DNA from: Chloroflexota bacterium
Lineage (GTDB): Bacteria; Chloroflexota; Dehalococcoidia; UBA2979
Assembly (NCBI GenBank): GCA_947499615.1
Contig: CANMOP010000009.1
Span: forward strand, 7,993-71,992
Direction of reading: 5' to 3'
DNA length: 64,000 nucleotides
In this document: piece by piece, positions 56,566-64,000 of the stretch
Layout: each line of letters begins with the position of its first letter
How positions within the stretch are numbered: position 1 is the first letter of the stretch
Made by a program: the position numbers and the translations under genes
The notes under the pieces: model-generated
The model's input: the letters and a program-made list of their open reading frames with translations, nothing else
Databases searched by the model: none
What the model was told of the DNA's origin: nothing

Positions 56566-56890
56566 TGCATTCCCACGTCGCCCGCAGCGCCCGCAGCCGG
56601 TACCGCACCACATCCTTCGGGCGCGTGACCAGCACCCGTCACACGCGTGTCACCTCGTGGTGTCGACGCTGCCCTCTCGCCAATATCGCGTTCGCACATA
56701 GCACAGAATTACATTCGCGCGTATTCAACACGATTGCAGTGATCAGCACGCGCGGGAATACACGCATGTGATTTTCCCTTGCAAATACTGGCGATCACAA
56801 GAAGGCCACCTCGTACCATCGCCCGTATGTACGAGTGAGGGCAACGGGTTGTCCGGGCTCTCCGCCAGTAATCATCAGGAGGGATCACAC

Positions 56891-58648
56891 TTGAGCAACA
56901 TGTTCACGCAGCGTGCACTCGGCCGCAGGACCATGCTTCAGGGCGCTGGCATCGGCGCGCTGGGACTGGCCGGGGCCGCGCTCATCGGCTGCGGCAGCAG
57001 CGCACCGGCGGGCGGATCCTCCGCCAGCAACAGCGGCGGCGTGCCGGTCAACACCCCGAAGGGCACCGGCCTGCCGATGACCTCGCCGGTGGTCAAGGGC
57101 ACCAAGAAGCCCGGCGGCACCTTCACCGCGCACACCACCAGCACCTACACCCAGCACGACCCGGGCACGGCGCTGGCCACCAACATCTGGCACATGATCG
57201 GCGAGAAGGGCCTGGAGCCCGACCCGCAGACCGGCAAGATCCGCCCGCACGTCATGACGTCATGGGAAGTCGCCGACCCGACGACGCTGGTCTTCAAGAT
57301 TCAGCCAGGCATCAAGACCCACAACATGGCCCCGTGGAACGGTCGCGAGTTCACCGCCGAGGACGTGGCCTGGAACCTGGAGCGCATCGGCGGACTGTAC
57401 GCGGATCGTCTGAAGATTCCGTTGTCGCAGTTCCAGCGCGCCTCGATGGTTGCGAACCTCGTGAAGGCGCAGGCCACGGACCCGACCACGGTCAAGGTCA
57501 CGCTCTCCAAGCCGAACTCCTCCTTCTTCAACGGCCTGATGGACACTCGTGTCCCCTTCGCCCCGAAGGAAATGGACGACATCGGCTGGGCCGACCCGCT
57601 GAAGATGGGCGGCATTGGGCCGTTCCAGGTCTCCGGGTGGGTCAAGGACCAGAAGATGACCTACAAGAAGCACCCGGCTTACTTCCGCAAGGACGAGCCG
57701 AGCTTCGACAACGTTGAGTGGACGATCATCCCGGACCGCGCTTCGGCGGTCGCCGCGTTCATCAGCGGCCAGACCAATGCCATCTCCGGCCTGAACCAGC
57801 TGGAGACCGACCAGATCAAGAAGTCGAAGCCGGACGCTAACCTCAACGCGTGGATCGACTCCAACTGGCACCACATGCGGTTCAGCGTGGAGTACGCGCC
57901 GTTCAAGGACTTCCGCGTTCGGCGCGCGATGTTCCTGGCAGTGGACTACGCGTCGATCATGGACGGGTTCTTCGGCAACGGCTGGGGCTACCAGGCCTCG
58001 CTGAGCCCCGGCTTCCCGGAGGCGTGGAGCCCGGACAAGGTCAAGGATCAGGCGGGCTACAACCCGGCCACCAAGGCTGCGGACCGTGCCGAGGCCCAGA
58101 AGATGATGACCGCTGCAGGCTTCCCGGCCGGCAAGGGCATCGACTTCTCCATCATCTACATCAACACCTCCGGCTCGGCCTACCCGGAGAACGTGCAGCG
58201 GTTCCAGGCCCAGATGAAGGAAGTCTTCCCGGAGATGAAGGTTGGGCTGAAGCCGTACGCGGACAGCGCTTCCTTCAATGGCCCGCAGAACTCCGGCCAG
58301 TTCGAGATGGTGAACTACGTCATCACCGCTGCGCCGGACGCTGTCATCGACATGCAGTCCCAGTACTACACGGGCGGTAGCCGCAACTACGGTCACTTCT
58401 CCGACAAGGGCCTGGACGCGCTCATCGACAAGGCTCAGGTCGAGCTCAACGTCGAGGCCCGCTCCAAGATGCTGGAGGAGTTCCAGACTCGCTACCTGAG
58501 CGAGTGGATGCCGAACATGATCCTCGGCGCGCAGCCCGCTCGCGTGATGACGCAGGGCAACATCGCTGGATTCGACACGATCGCCGGCACCTGGTACGGC
58601 TACTCGGCCAACACCAAGATCTGCCGACTGTTCTACGTCGAGAAGTAG
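56891..58648 (+). CDS. ABC transporter substrate-binding lipoprotein, family 5, with Tat-type signal
   Basis: A TTG at 56891 lies 8 nt after AGGAGG. An alternative ATG is at 56900. The signal region (GRRTMLQGAGIGALGLAGAALIGCGSS) combines a twin-arginine motif with a lipobox. The body is family-5 SBP-like, and no permease genes are adjacent. Confidence 0.9.
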   Translation: MSNMFTQRALGRRTMLQGAGIGALGLAGAALIGCGSSAPAGGSSASNSGGVPVNTPKGTGLPMTSPVVKGTKKPGGTFTAHTTSTYTQHDPGTALATNIWHMIGEKGLEPDPQTGKIRPHVMTSWEVADPTTLVFKIQPGIKTHNMAPWNGREFTAEDVAWNLERIGGLYADRLKIPLSQFQRASMVANLVKAQATDPTTVKVTLSKPNSSFFNGLMDTRVPFAPKEMDDIGWADPLKMGGIGPFQVSGWVKDQKMTYKKHPAYFRKDEPSFDNVEWTIIPDRASAVAAFISGQTNAISGLNQLETDQIKKSKPDANLNAWIDSNWHHMRFSVEYAPFKDFRVRRAMFLAVDYASIMDGFFGNGWGYQASLSPGFPEAWSPDKVKDQAGYNPATKAADRAEAQKMMTAAGFPAGKGIDFSIIYINTSGSAYPENVQRFQAQMKEVFPEMKVGLKPYADSASFNGPQNSGQFEMVNYVITAAPDAVIDMQSQYYTGGSRNYGHFSDKGLDALIDKAQVELNVEARSKMLEEFQTRYLSEWMPNMILGAQPARVMTQGNIAGFDTIAGTWYGYSANTKICRLFYVEK

Positions 58649-58680
58649 CACCGCATCGCTGCATTCGTAGCAATCGGACA

Positions 58681-58712
58681 GCAGAAGGGGCGCCTCGCGG
58701 CGCCCCTTCTGC
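58681..58712. terminator. Bidirectional hairpin after the binding-protein gene
   Basis: A 14-bp perfect stem (GCAGAAGGGGCGCC / GGCGCCCCTTCTGC) with a 4-nt loop. Confidence 0.6.
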
Positions 58713-58784
58713 GTACCTGTCGAATGTCACGACCACTGCCTGAGGCACACCATCGGCTCGCCACGCGAGCACGACGAGCTGGTA

Positions 58785-58952
58785 CTACCCGCCCATGCGC
58801 CCCTGCTCGATCAGCTCGTGCTGCGGCAACTCGTCGTGCTTCTGCTCATCGTTCGGGCAGACGAACTGCTCGCAGCCGGTGCATGCCTGGGAGGTGGTGT
58901 ACCCGCAGTGCAGGCATCCACCCGCGCGCGAGGTGAGTCGGAAGATCTTCAT
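58785..58952 (-). CDS. Small Cys-rich (zinc-ribbon-like) hypothetical protein, 55 aa
   Basis: An internal ATG at 58952 gives MKIFRLTSRAGGCLHCGYTTSQACTGCEQFVCPNDEQKHDELPQHELIEQGRMGG. Third codon positions are G/C-rich. There is no clear Shine-Dalgarno sequence. The longer 133-aa ORF runs through the repeat element. Confidence 0.45.
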   Translation of the reverse strand: MKIFRLTSRAGGCLHCGYTTSQACTGCEQFVCPNDEQKHDELPQHELIEQGRMGG

Positions 58953-58980
58953 GGGGAGAGTGTACCTCGGCGGAGGGGAG

Positions 58981-59018
58981 CCCTCACCCCAGCCCCTCTC
59001 CCCGGGGCGGGGCGAGGG
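58981..59018. repeat. GC-rich palindromic intergenic repeat, single-arm copy
   Basis: CCCTCACCCCAGCCCCTCTCCCCGGGGCGGGGCGAGGG is nearly identical to the left arm of the copies at 13941 and 63677. Confidence 0.75.
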
Positions 59019-59129
59019 ATTCTGAACGTCGTGACTCGCCTGCGGGGTCTTCGTTGACCGTCGTGCGCAGGGGGGCTCGATGGTAAGTGAGTGGGAGATT
59101 CGAGCCCGCCCTCCTGCTACAATTCCCGC

Positions 59130-60470
59130 ATGCTTGATGCACTCTCCGAACGACTGCAAAACACCTTCCGGCGCCTTGGGCAGCACGGGAAGATCACCGA
59201 AGAAGACCTCGACGCCGCGCTGCGCGAGGTCCGCGTTGCGCTGCTAGAGGCGGACGTCAACTTCAAGGTCGTGCGCGACTTCATCGCCGCGGTGCGGGAG
59301 AAGGCGCTGGGCCAGGAGGTGATGAAGTCCATCACCCCCGCGCAGCAGGTGATCGCCATCGTGCACGCGCAGCTCATCGAGATTCTGGGCGGCGACCAGC
59401 AGCCGCTGAAGCGCGCCTCCCAGGGCATCACGAAGATCCTGCTGTGCGGCATCAAGGGCAGCGGCAAGACCACCCTCGCGGGGCGGCTCGCGCTGCACCT
59501 GCGCTCGCAGGGGATGCGCCCGCTGCTGGTCGCGACCGACTTCGAACGCGTCGCGGCAACCGAGCAGTTGCAGGTGCTCGGCCAGCAGATCAACGTCGCT
59601 GTCTACTCGGAAGAGAAGGCAGCACCGTCGCCACAGGTCGCGCGCCGCGCACTGCGCGAAGCGGAGCGCACCGGCGCGAACGCGGTCATCATCGACACGC
59701 GCGGTGCGGTGGCGCTCGACGACGGGTTCATCGATGAGTTGGCCGCGCTTGCCGACGAGGTCGATCCGACCGAGGTGCTGATCGTCGTCGACTCGATGAC
59801 CGGCCAGGAAGCCGTCAACCTCGCGAAGGAGTTCCACGAGGCGGTGGAGGGCACCGGCATCGTGGTCACGAAGGTCGACTCCGATGCTCGAGGCGGCGCG
59901 GTGCTGTCGGTGCGCTCGGTGACCGGCCTCCCGGTGAAGTTCATCACCACCGGCGAGCGGCTGGAAGCGCTGGAGACATTCCACCCGGATCGCTTCGCAT
60001 CGCGCGTGCTCGGCATGGGCGACGTGGTCACACTCGTCGAGAAGGCGAAAGCCGCGATCGGCGAGCGCGACGCGAAGGAGATGACGCGGCGCATGTCGCG
60101 CGGCGAGTTTGACCTGGAGGATTTCCTGCAGCAAATGCAGCAGGTGAAGAAGATGGGATCGCTCGCCGGGCTGATGGAGATGATGCCGGGTCTCGGCGGA
60201 CTGAAACAGCAACTGGGTGGCGCGACGCTGGACGACTCGTACTTCAAGCAGTCGGAGGCCATCGTGCAGTCCATGACGCTGGCTGAGCGGCATCGGCCGG
60301 ACATCCTCAACGGATCGCGCCGCCGCCGCATCGCCAACGGCTCCGGCACGACACCGGCGGACGTGAACCGACTGCTGAACCAGTTCACGCAGGCCAAGAA
60401 GTTGATGCAAGCGATGACCTCCAACAAGGGCGGCGGCGCCGGCGGGCTGCGTCGGATGCTGGGCTTCTAG
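59130..60470 (+). CDS. ffh: Signal recognition particle protein Ffh (SRP54)
   Basis: An internal ATG at 59130 gives MLDALSERLQNTFRRL. A GTPase domain (GIKGSGKTTLAG, DTRG, TKVDSDARGG) is followed by a Met-rich M domain. Confidence 0.97.
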   Translation: MLDALSERLQNTFRRLGQHGKITEEDLDAALREVRVALLEADVNFKVVRDFIAAVREKALGQEVMKSITPAQQVIAIVHAQLIEILGGDQQPLKRASQGITKILLCGIKGSGKTTLAGRLALHLRSQGMRPLLVATDFERVAATEQLQVLGQQINVAVYSEEKAAPSPQVARRALREAERTGANAVIIDTRGAVALDDGFIDELAALADEVDPTEVLIVVDSMTGQEAVNLAKEFHEAVEGTGIVVTKVDSDARGGAVLSVRSVTGLPVKFITTGERLEALETFHPDRFASRVLGMGDVVTLVEKAKAAIGERDAKEMTRRMSRGEFDLEDFLQQMQQVKKMGSLAGLMEMMPGLGGLKQQLGGATLDDSYFKQSEAIVQSMTLAERHRPDILNGSRRRRIANGSGTTPADVNRLLNQFTQAKKLMQAMTSNKGGGAGGLRRMLGF

Positions 60471-60669
60471 GCGGCGCGTCCGAGGCACATCGAGCGCCTG
60501 TTGGACTGAAGCGAGACTCAGAGCCAACGGCTTGCTACAATCGAGCGCCTGAATCGCCACGGTTCCCTCGGGGGCCTTGAACTGACGAGATGGAGTGGCG
60601 GCCACTGCCGCCGGGGGCCATTCGCGCGGCCAACGCCGTGCCGCCCCGAAGAGGATGCGAGGACTGAAC

Positions 60670-61137
60670 ATGCTGCGAATGCGCCTGCGCCGCACCGGCA
60701 AGACAAAGCAGCCGACGTACCGAGTGGTGGTCGCAGACCAGCACGCGAAGCGCGACGGTGACTTTGTGGAAGTGCTGGGGCACTACAACCCCCGCACGCG
60801 CCCGAGTGTGCTGGAGCTCAAAGAGGATCGCGTGCGCCACTGGCTCTCGCAGGGCGCACAGCCCTCGGAGACCGTGCACCGACTGCTGTTCGCGCGTGGG
60901 CTCACCACCGTGGAGCCGCCGAAGCGCGTGACCAAGACCTCCAACGCCGACATCGCGGCCGCCAAGGCTGTCGCCGATGCCGAGGCTGCTGCGAAGGCTG
61001 CGGCTGACGCGGCTGCCAAGGCCGCCGCCGACGCGAAGGCCGCCGAGGAAGCTGCCGCCGAGGCCGCACGTGCCGCGGTTGCGGAGGAGAACGCCACGCA
61101 AACCGATGGCGCTGCCGCCGAATTCACCGAAGCATGA
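60670..61137 (+). CDS. rpsP: 30S ribosomal protein S16 with Ala/Lys/Glu-rich C-terminal extension
   Basis: The ATG at 60670 gives MLRMRLRRTGKTKQPTYRVVVADQHAKRDGDFVEVLGHYNPRT, the S16 signature. The tail reads AKAVADAEAAAKAAADAAAKAAADAKAAEEAAAEAARAA... Confidence 0.93.
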   Translation: MLRMRLRRTGKTKQPTYRVVVADQHAKRDGDFVEVLGHYNPRTRPSVLELKEDRVRHWLSQGAQPSETVHRLLFARGLTTVEPPKRVTKTSNADIAAAKAVADAEAAAKAAADAAAKAAADAKAAEEAAAEAARAAVAEENATQTDGAAAEFTEA

Positions 61138-61361
61138 AAGCGCTTGTCGAATACCTCGCGCGTGCCCTTGCCCGGCATCCTGAGGAAGTCGTCGTCATCG
61201 AGGAGCAGTACGGCGACCGCGTCGTGCTGCGCCTCAGCGTCGCCGAGGATGACAAGGGCCGCGTGATCGGTCGCGAAGGCCGCATCGCCAACGCGATCCG
61301 CGCGCTGGTTCACGTAGCGGCCACCCGCGCCGGTGTCCGTGCCACCCTCGACATCGACTAG
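61134..61361 (+). CDS. KH-domain RNA-binding protein (YlqC/UPF0109 family)
   Basis: 75-aa ORF containing DKGRVIGREGRIANAIRAL, a GxxG KH motif. It holds the conserved position between rpsP and rimM. Confidence 0.85.
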   Translation: MKALVEYLARALARHPEEVVVIEEQYGDRVVLRLSVAEDDKGRVIGREGRIANAIRALVHVAATRAGVRATLDID

Positions 61362-61908
61362 CCCCTCGTCTGACACGCCGCCCAACCCCGCGCCTCATGA
61401 GGCGCCGGGCGGCGGTGATCACGTCGTCGTCGGCCGCATCAACGGCACATGGGGCCTGCGCGGCCACGTGAAGATCACGGCGTACACCTCCAACCCTGCA
61501 CGCTTCGCACAGGGCGCCGTGTTGATCGTCGACGGCACCCCGCGCAAGGTGCTCGCCGTCAACCTCTCGCAGGGCTACCCCATCGTGCAGTTCGAGGGCT
61601 ACACACACGTGGACGCCGCCCAGGTGCTGCGCGGCACGCTGATCGAGATTGACGCCGCCGAGCTGCCCCCGCTCCCCGAGGGCGAGTACTACCGCCATGA
61701 CCTGATCGGCCTGGCCGTGGTCACACGCGAAGGCGAGCACATCGGCACGCTGAGCGATGCGCTCACCACTGGCGCAAACGACGTGTACGTGATCAAGCGC
61801 GAAGGCAAGCCGGACGCCCTGATCCCCGCCATCCCCGATGTCGTGCTCACGGTAGACATCCCGACGCGCACCATGACCATCGAGGCGATGCCGGGCCTGC
61901 TGGACTAG
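61333..61908 (+). CDS. rimM: Ribosome maturation factor RimM
   Basis: The ORF contains VVVGRINGTWGLRGHVKI, EGEYYRHDLIGL and a PRC-barrel C-terminus. The GTG start at 61333 or 61339 overlaps the KH gene, so the start is uncertain. Confidence 0.9.
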   Translation: MSVPPSTSTSPSSDTPPNPAPHEAPGGGDHVVVGRINGTWGLRGHVKITAYTSNPARFAQGAVLIVDGTPRKVLAVNLSQGYPIVQFEGYTHVDAAQVLRGTLIEIDAAELPPLPEGEYYRHDLIGLAVVTREGEHIGTLSDALTTGANDVYVIKREGKPDALIPAIPDVVLTVDIPTRTMTIEAMPGLLD

Positions 61909-62026
61909 CCGGCGGGCCAGCCCGCTCTCCCAGGCTGCCGCGCGTTTGCCGCTGGGGATGGTGGCTCCCTATACTCATCGTCTGCCCCGCGAGGTCGAAA
62001 GACAGGCGCGCGGGGCGGCCCTCGGT

Positions 62027-62102
62027 GGGGGTGTAGCTCAGTTGGGAGAGCGCTGCGTTCGCATCGCAGAGGTCAGGGGTTCGAATCCCCTCACCTCCAC
62101 CA
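62027..62102 (+). tRNA. tRNA-Ala (anticodon CGC)
   Basis: Hand-folded cloverleaf. The acceptor stem is GGGGGTG/CACCTCC with a G3:U70 pair. D-arm GCTCAGTTGGGAGAGC, anticodon arm CTGCG-TTCGCAT-CGCAG, T-arm GGGGTTCGAATCCCC, and an encoded CCA. Confidence 0.95.
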
Positions 62103-62194
62103 AATTTCGTCGTCCAACCTCGGAACCCGCGCTTCGATCACCATCCGCCGCTCGCGGATGACGATGCCGCTGGTGGCTGTCACACTGGAACCCT

Positions 62195-62269
62195 GGCCTC
62201 GTAGCTCAGTGGATAGAGCATCGGTTTCCTAAACCGTGCGCGCAGGTTCGACCCCTGCCGGGGCCACCA
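62195..62269 (+). tRNA. tRNA-Arg (anticodon CCU)
   Basis: Hand-folded cloverleaf. The acceptor stem is GGCCTCG/CGGGGCC. D-arm GCTCAGTGGATAGAGC, anticodon loop TTCCTAA, T-arm GCAGGTTCGACCCCTGC, and an encoded CCA. One mismatch closes the anticodon stem. Confidence 0.88.
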
Positions 62270-62296
62270 CTCACTCCAATCACCCGGAGGCGCACG

Positions 62297-63664
62297 ATGA
62301 GCACGACGCGACCTGCACCTCGCACCGCCCGCACAGCACAACCGACCAGCGACCGCGACCAACCGTTCGCGGCGCGGCGCGAGCGTCTCGCTCGGCTGCT
62401 GACACGCGCCGAAGCGGGACCGGTCGCCGCTGTGTTCGCCTCCGGGCACGAGGCGCGGCGCAACGGTGACGTGGATTACGAGTTCCGCCAGCCCTCGACG
62501 TTCTACTACCTCACCGGCTTCGAGGAGCCCGACGCGGTCGCGCTGCTGCGGCCCGGACACGCCCAGCCGTACGTGCTGTTCGTGCGCCCACACGACCCGC
62601 AGATGGCGATCTGGGTCGGCGAGCGCGCCGGCGTCGAGGGTGCGGTGCGCGACTTCGGCGCGACCGTGGCGTACCCGATCGAGGAATTGGAGCAGCGGCT
62701 GCCGGAACTGCTCGGTGGCATGCGCACCGTCTACTTCTCCTTCGGTGCGGACGACCGCGTGGAGAAGCTCGTCACCACCGCGGTGGCACAACGACGCGGC
62801 GGCGGGCAGCGTGGCGGTGTCGCCATCGAGCGCGTCGCGGACCCGTTCCCGTACGTCTCGCAGATGCGCGTGATCAAGACCGCCGAGGAGATTGCCGCGC
62901 TGCGCAAGGCGATCTCGATCACCGGCGATGGCATTGACGCCGCGATGCGCGCAACGCGCCCCGGCATGCACGAGTACGAACTGCAGGCGGTGTTGGAGGC
63001 CGAATACCGCAGGCGCGGCGCGCCGCGCAACGGCTTCCCCTCGATCGTCGCGGCCGGCGCGAACAGTTGCACGCTGCACTACACCGCGAACAACTCGCTC
63101 GTTGGCAAGGACGACCTCGTGCTGCTCGACACCGGCGCCGAGGTGGACTACTACGGCGCGGACGTCTCGCGCACGTACCCCACGAACGGTCGCTTCACTG
63201 CCGCGCAGCGCGACGTGTATGCGATCGTGCTGGAAGCGCAGCGCCAGGCGATCGCACTCGTGCGTCCCGGCGTGCGCTTCATGGACGTGCATCAGCGCGC
63301 GCTGAAGGTGCTCGTCGATGGGCTGCGCCACCTCGGCGTGTTGCAGGGCACGACCGCGAAACTGACGAAGGACGGCGCGTACCAGCCGTACTTCATGCAC
63401 GGCACCTCGCACTGGCTCGGCCTCGACGTGCACGACGTCGGCGCGTACCGCGAAGACGGCGAGTCGGTGGTGCTGCGTCCGGGCATGGTGCTCACCGTGG
63501 AGCCCGGCCTGTACATCGCACCCGACGCGAAAGCGCCGCGCCAGCTCCGCGGCATCGGCGTGCGCATCGAGGACGACATCCTCGTCACGCGCACCGGCCA
63601 CGACAACCTCTCGGGCCACATCCCCTCGGCGATCGACGAGCTCGAGGCGATCGTCCGGGGGTAG
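62297..63664 (+). CDS. pepP: Xaa-Pro aminopeptidase (M24B family)
   Basis: 455-aa ORF with a creatinase-like N-domain and M24 metal-ligand pattern (LLDTGAEVDYYGADVSRTYP, HGTSHWLGLDVHD, EPG, RIEDD). Confidence 0.92.
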   Translation: MSTTRPAPRTARTAQPTSDRDQPFAARRERLARLLTRAEAGPVAAVFASGHEARRNGDVDYEFRQPSTFYYLTGFEEPDAVALLRPGHAQPYVLFVRPHDPQMAIWVGERAGVEGAVRDFGATVAYPIEELEQRLPELLGGMRTVYFSFGADDRVEKLVTTAVAQRRGGGQRGGVAIERVADPFPYVSQMRVIKTAEEIAALRKAISITGDGIDAAMRATRPGMHEYELQAVLEAEYRRRGAPRNGFPSIVAAGANSCTLHYTANNSLVGKDDLVLLDTGAEVDYYGADVSRTYPTNGRFTAAQRDVYAIVLEAQRQAIALVRPGVRFMDVHQRALKVLVDGLRHLGVLQGTTAKLTKDGAYQPYFMHGTSHWLGLDVHDVGAYREDGESVVLRPGMVLTVEPGLYIAPDAKAPRQLRGIGVRIEDDILVTRTGHDNLSGHIPSAIDELEAIVRG

Positions 63665-63676
63665 GAAAGGGAAGAG

Positions 63677-63790
63677 CCCTCTCCCCCTGCCCCTCTCCCC
63701 GGGACGGGGCGAGGGGGGTCAGAATGAAGCGCGGAAGCCCCACGTTCGGAACCCCTCGCCCGCGAAGTGGGAGGGCGGCAGGGGTGAGGG
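63677..63790. repeat. GC-rich nested-palindrome intergenic repeat, full (two-arm) copy
   Basis: CCCTCTCCCCCTGCCCCTCTCCCC and GGGGCGAGGGG are mirrored by CCCCTCGCCC and GGGAGGGCGGCAGGGGTGAGGG. The copy lies downstream of pepP. Confidence 0.8.
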
Positions 63791-63807
63791 TCTGAAGGGA
63801 GCCATCG

Positions 63808-63933
63808 ATGCCGCGACCCGTCCACTTCGAGATCCACGCCGACGACCCGGCGCGCGCGATCGCGTTCTACCAGTGCAACATCTTCGGGCTGCACCAGGAC
63901 ACCTCGGGGCGGGTTCAGCAGCAGCAGCAGTAA
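63808..63933 (+). pseudogene. 41-codon ORF resembling only the N-terminus of a glyoxalase/VOC-family protein (probable remnant)
   Basis: The ATG at 63808 follows GAAGGGAG. MPRPVHFEIHADDPARAIAFYQ is a typical VOC N-terminus. The frame then diverges and ends in five CAG codons followed by TAA. It is too short for a VOC domain. Confidence 0.3.
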
Positions 63934-63936
63934 GCG

Positions 63937-64000
63937 CATGACGAGCGACGTCGGCTGGCAGGAGTACGAGGCGGCGCTGGCGTTCGCGGTGGCGGCACAC
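63937..64000 (+). CDS. Start of an unidentified gene (runs off window end)
   Basis: The ATG at 63937 gives MTSDVGWQEYEAALAFAVAAH..., with G/C-rich third codon positions. Only 21 codons are visible. Confidence 0.25.

Noticed and set aside
60590-60612. Cobalamin riboswitch, suggested by GCCACTG (a B12-box-like heptamer) in the ffh-rpsP spacer
   Set aside because: I could find none of the other conserved cobalamin-riboswitch core elements around it. The downstream gene, rpsP, has no link to B12.

Overview
This is a high-GC bacterial chromosome segment made up almost entirely of core housekeeping genes.

**Gene content, in order**
- 1-9.6 kb, minus strand: partial tlyA, clpX, clpP, tig, a family-5 ABC importer (binding protein plus two permeases, no ATPase genes here) and aspS.
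- 9.7-12.6 kb: a sortase transcribed divergently from two exported cupredoxin (type-1 copper) genes. Their reading frames are broken by three in-frame stops and one frame change.
- 12.7-24.7 kb: hemW, an HDAC-family deacetylase, a DUF606-like membrane protein, secF-secD-yajC-def-priA, rplS-trmD-mog, and a hicA/hicB-like pair.
- 24.9-40.7 kb: a contiguous dcw cluster of about 16 kb (mraZ rsmH ftsL ftsI murF mraY murD ftsW murG murC ddl ftsQ ftsA ftsZ). It has no murE or murB.
- 41-54 kb: nrdR, a DinB-family gene, nrdJ, three small orphan genes, uvrC, a XerC/D-type recombinase, a secreted Ig-like protein, eno, an orphan all-alpha protein, gap and a frameshifted lipoprotein.
- 54-64 kb: two family-III CoA-transferases, an orphan Tat-lipoprotein binding protein, ffh, rpsP-KH-rimM, tRNA-Ala(CGC), tRNA-Arg(CCU) and pepP.
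- A GC-rich nested-palindrome repeat family occupies four intergenic sites.
- I saw no rRNA, CRISPR array, transposase or phage genes.

**Lineage.** A monoderm high-GC lineage such as Thermomicrobia/Chloroflexota or Actinomycetota is only an inference, drawn from the sortase, the T/A/P-rich linkers and the gene order.

**Most noteworthy observations**
- The lesion cluster in the sortase-linked copper-protein locus, where every stop sits where Trp is expected.
- An SH3-like domain inserted into SecF.
- A coding-like 140-codon N-terminal extension on FtsZ.
- A degenerate HicA.
- An orphan protein between eno and gap with an Rx4H (HEPN-like) motif.
- A possible internal deletion in NrdJ.

I did not find a convincing multi-gene novel system. 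All functional calls rest on motif recognition by eye and need database confirmation.
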